NCBI GenBank assembly: GCA_030704615.1
Contig: CM060733.1
Location: 21,142,001-21,206,000 of the forward strand
Direction: 5' to 3'
DNA: 64,000 bases
Source of the DNA: Takakia lepidozioides
Lineage: Eukaryota > Plantae > Bryophyta
Shown here: positions 63,187 to 64,000 of the stretch, piece by piece
Layout: each line of letters begins with the position of its first letter
Numbering within the stretch: the first letter of the stretch is position 1
The notes under the pieces: generated by a model
Told to the model about the DNA's origin: nothing
The model's database searches: none
Seen by the model: only the letters and a program-made list of their open reading frames with translations
Made by a program: the position numbers and the translations under genes

Positions 63187-64000
63187 TACCAAAAGTAGAT
63201 TCATCCCTGGGTAAAACCATGGTTATATCAACACTTTTACGTGTAAAGTAAGTTTGTAATTTCAGCTGCTTTGAATTTCAAAGCTCTGGACCCAACGGCC
63301 TTCCAATGCTCCCGCCCTCGGTTTCAGTAAGTACTGCCTGGTCTCTGAAAGGAAGGAAGGAAAGAGTGACAAGCCACACTGCCTACTTACTCAAGCCTCA
63401 CAAACCCAGTCAAACACACCGCTCACACGTACTGCAAGCATCACACATAAAAAGCCTGGGGGCTAATAATATAATGTATCAAGCAATCCTCTTCTTGCAG
63501 ATATTGATCAGCAGATATGAATTTTGGCTTGATGATGTTGTCAATGGTGGGTACTAGTCTGAAAGTGGGCCCTCAAGTGTAGCATGATATAGAGGGAGGA
63601 GTTCACTTCATTGTTACACTATAATTTTCCAGTTTACTAGTAGCCTGATTTGGTGAACTTCAGGCTCCAATTTTAATGCAAGTGTCAAAAGAAATGAAGT
63701 GCACTCAACTCATATGATGCAACAAAATTAGTGAGAATGTGCGGTGAGGAAACTGACCAACAATTGCAAGAAAAAAGCTATTGTGGAAAGCAGAGAGGCT
63801 GTTGATTGGTGGCCATGTGAACCTTTTTGGGGGTTCTTTGTACAAGGAAAAACCCAAGCTTTTCGAGAAACGAGACCGAGGCCCCTTAAGAGGGGGGGCC
63901 CTCATTATGTAAAGCACTCCAACCAACTTAGAGTTGTGATGTGCATAAAAGTCTGGAGTTTGGTGAAGGACCAAAGAAATTTGCTGTGTCCAAAGGGATA

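Overview
Intron-rich nuclear DNA of a land plant. Protein divergence and repeat types suggest a non-seed plant such as a bryophyte, but this is inference. Intact genes: a folate-biopterin transporter (+), CGL160 (-), EMC7 (+; one U12-type and one GC-AG intron), two XTH paralogues (+) flanking an intronless Pol IV/V subunit 7 (NRPD7/NRPE7-like, +), a 17-exon PXA-PX-PXC sorting-nexin gene (-), and a two-exon HIG1-domain ORF whose stop lies only ~276 nt upstream of the PX start codon. A FAS1/CAF-1 p150 copy has open central exons but lacks the N-terminus and apparently the winged-helix exons. Accessory DNA includes a DUF3504/Crypton-like relic, a CACTA transposase relic with a nested MITE, tRNA-derived SINEs, an LTR+PBS relic and two gene-fragment mosaics (about 1-2.6 kb and 41-49 kb). 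The best novel-system candidate is a HIG1 + PX bicistronic/uORF or splice-fusion transcript. Next are inverted repeats bracketing one GC-donor PX exon, the Crypton-like relic, the truncated FAS1 and a possibly membrane-anchored XTH. All family assignments come from recalled motifs and hand-traced splice sites; no searches were run.
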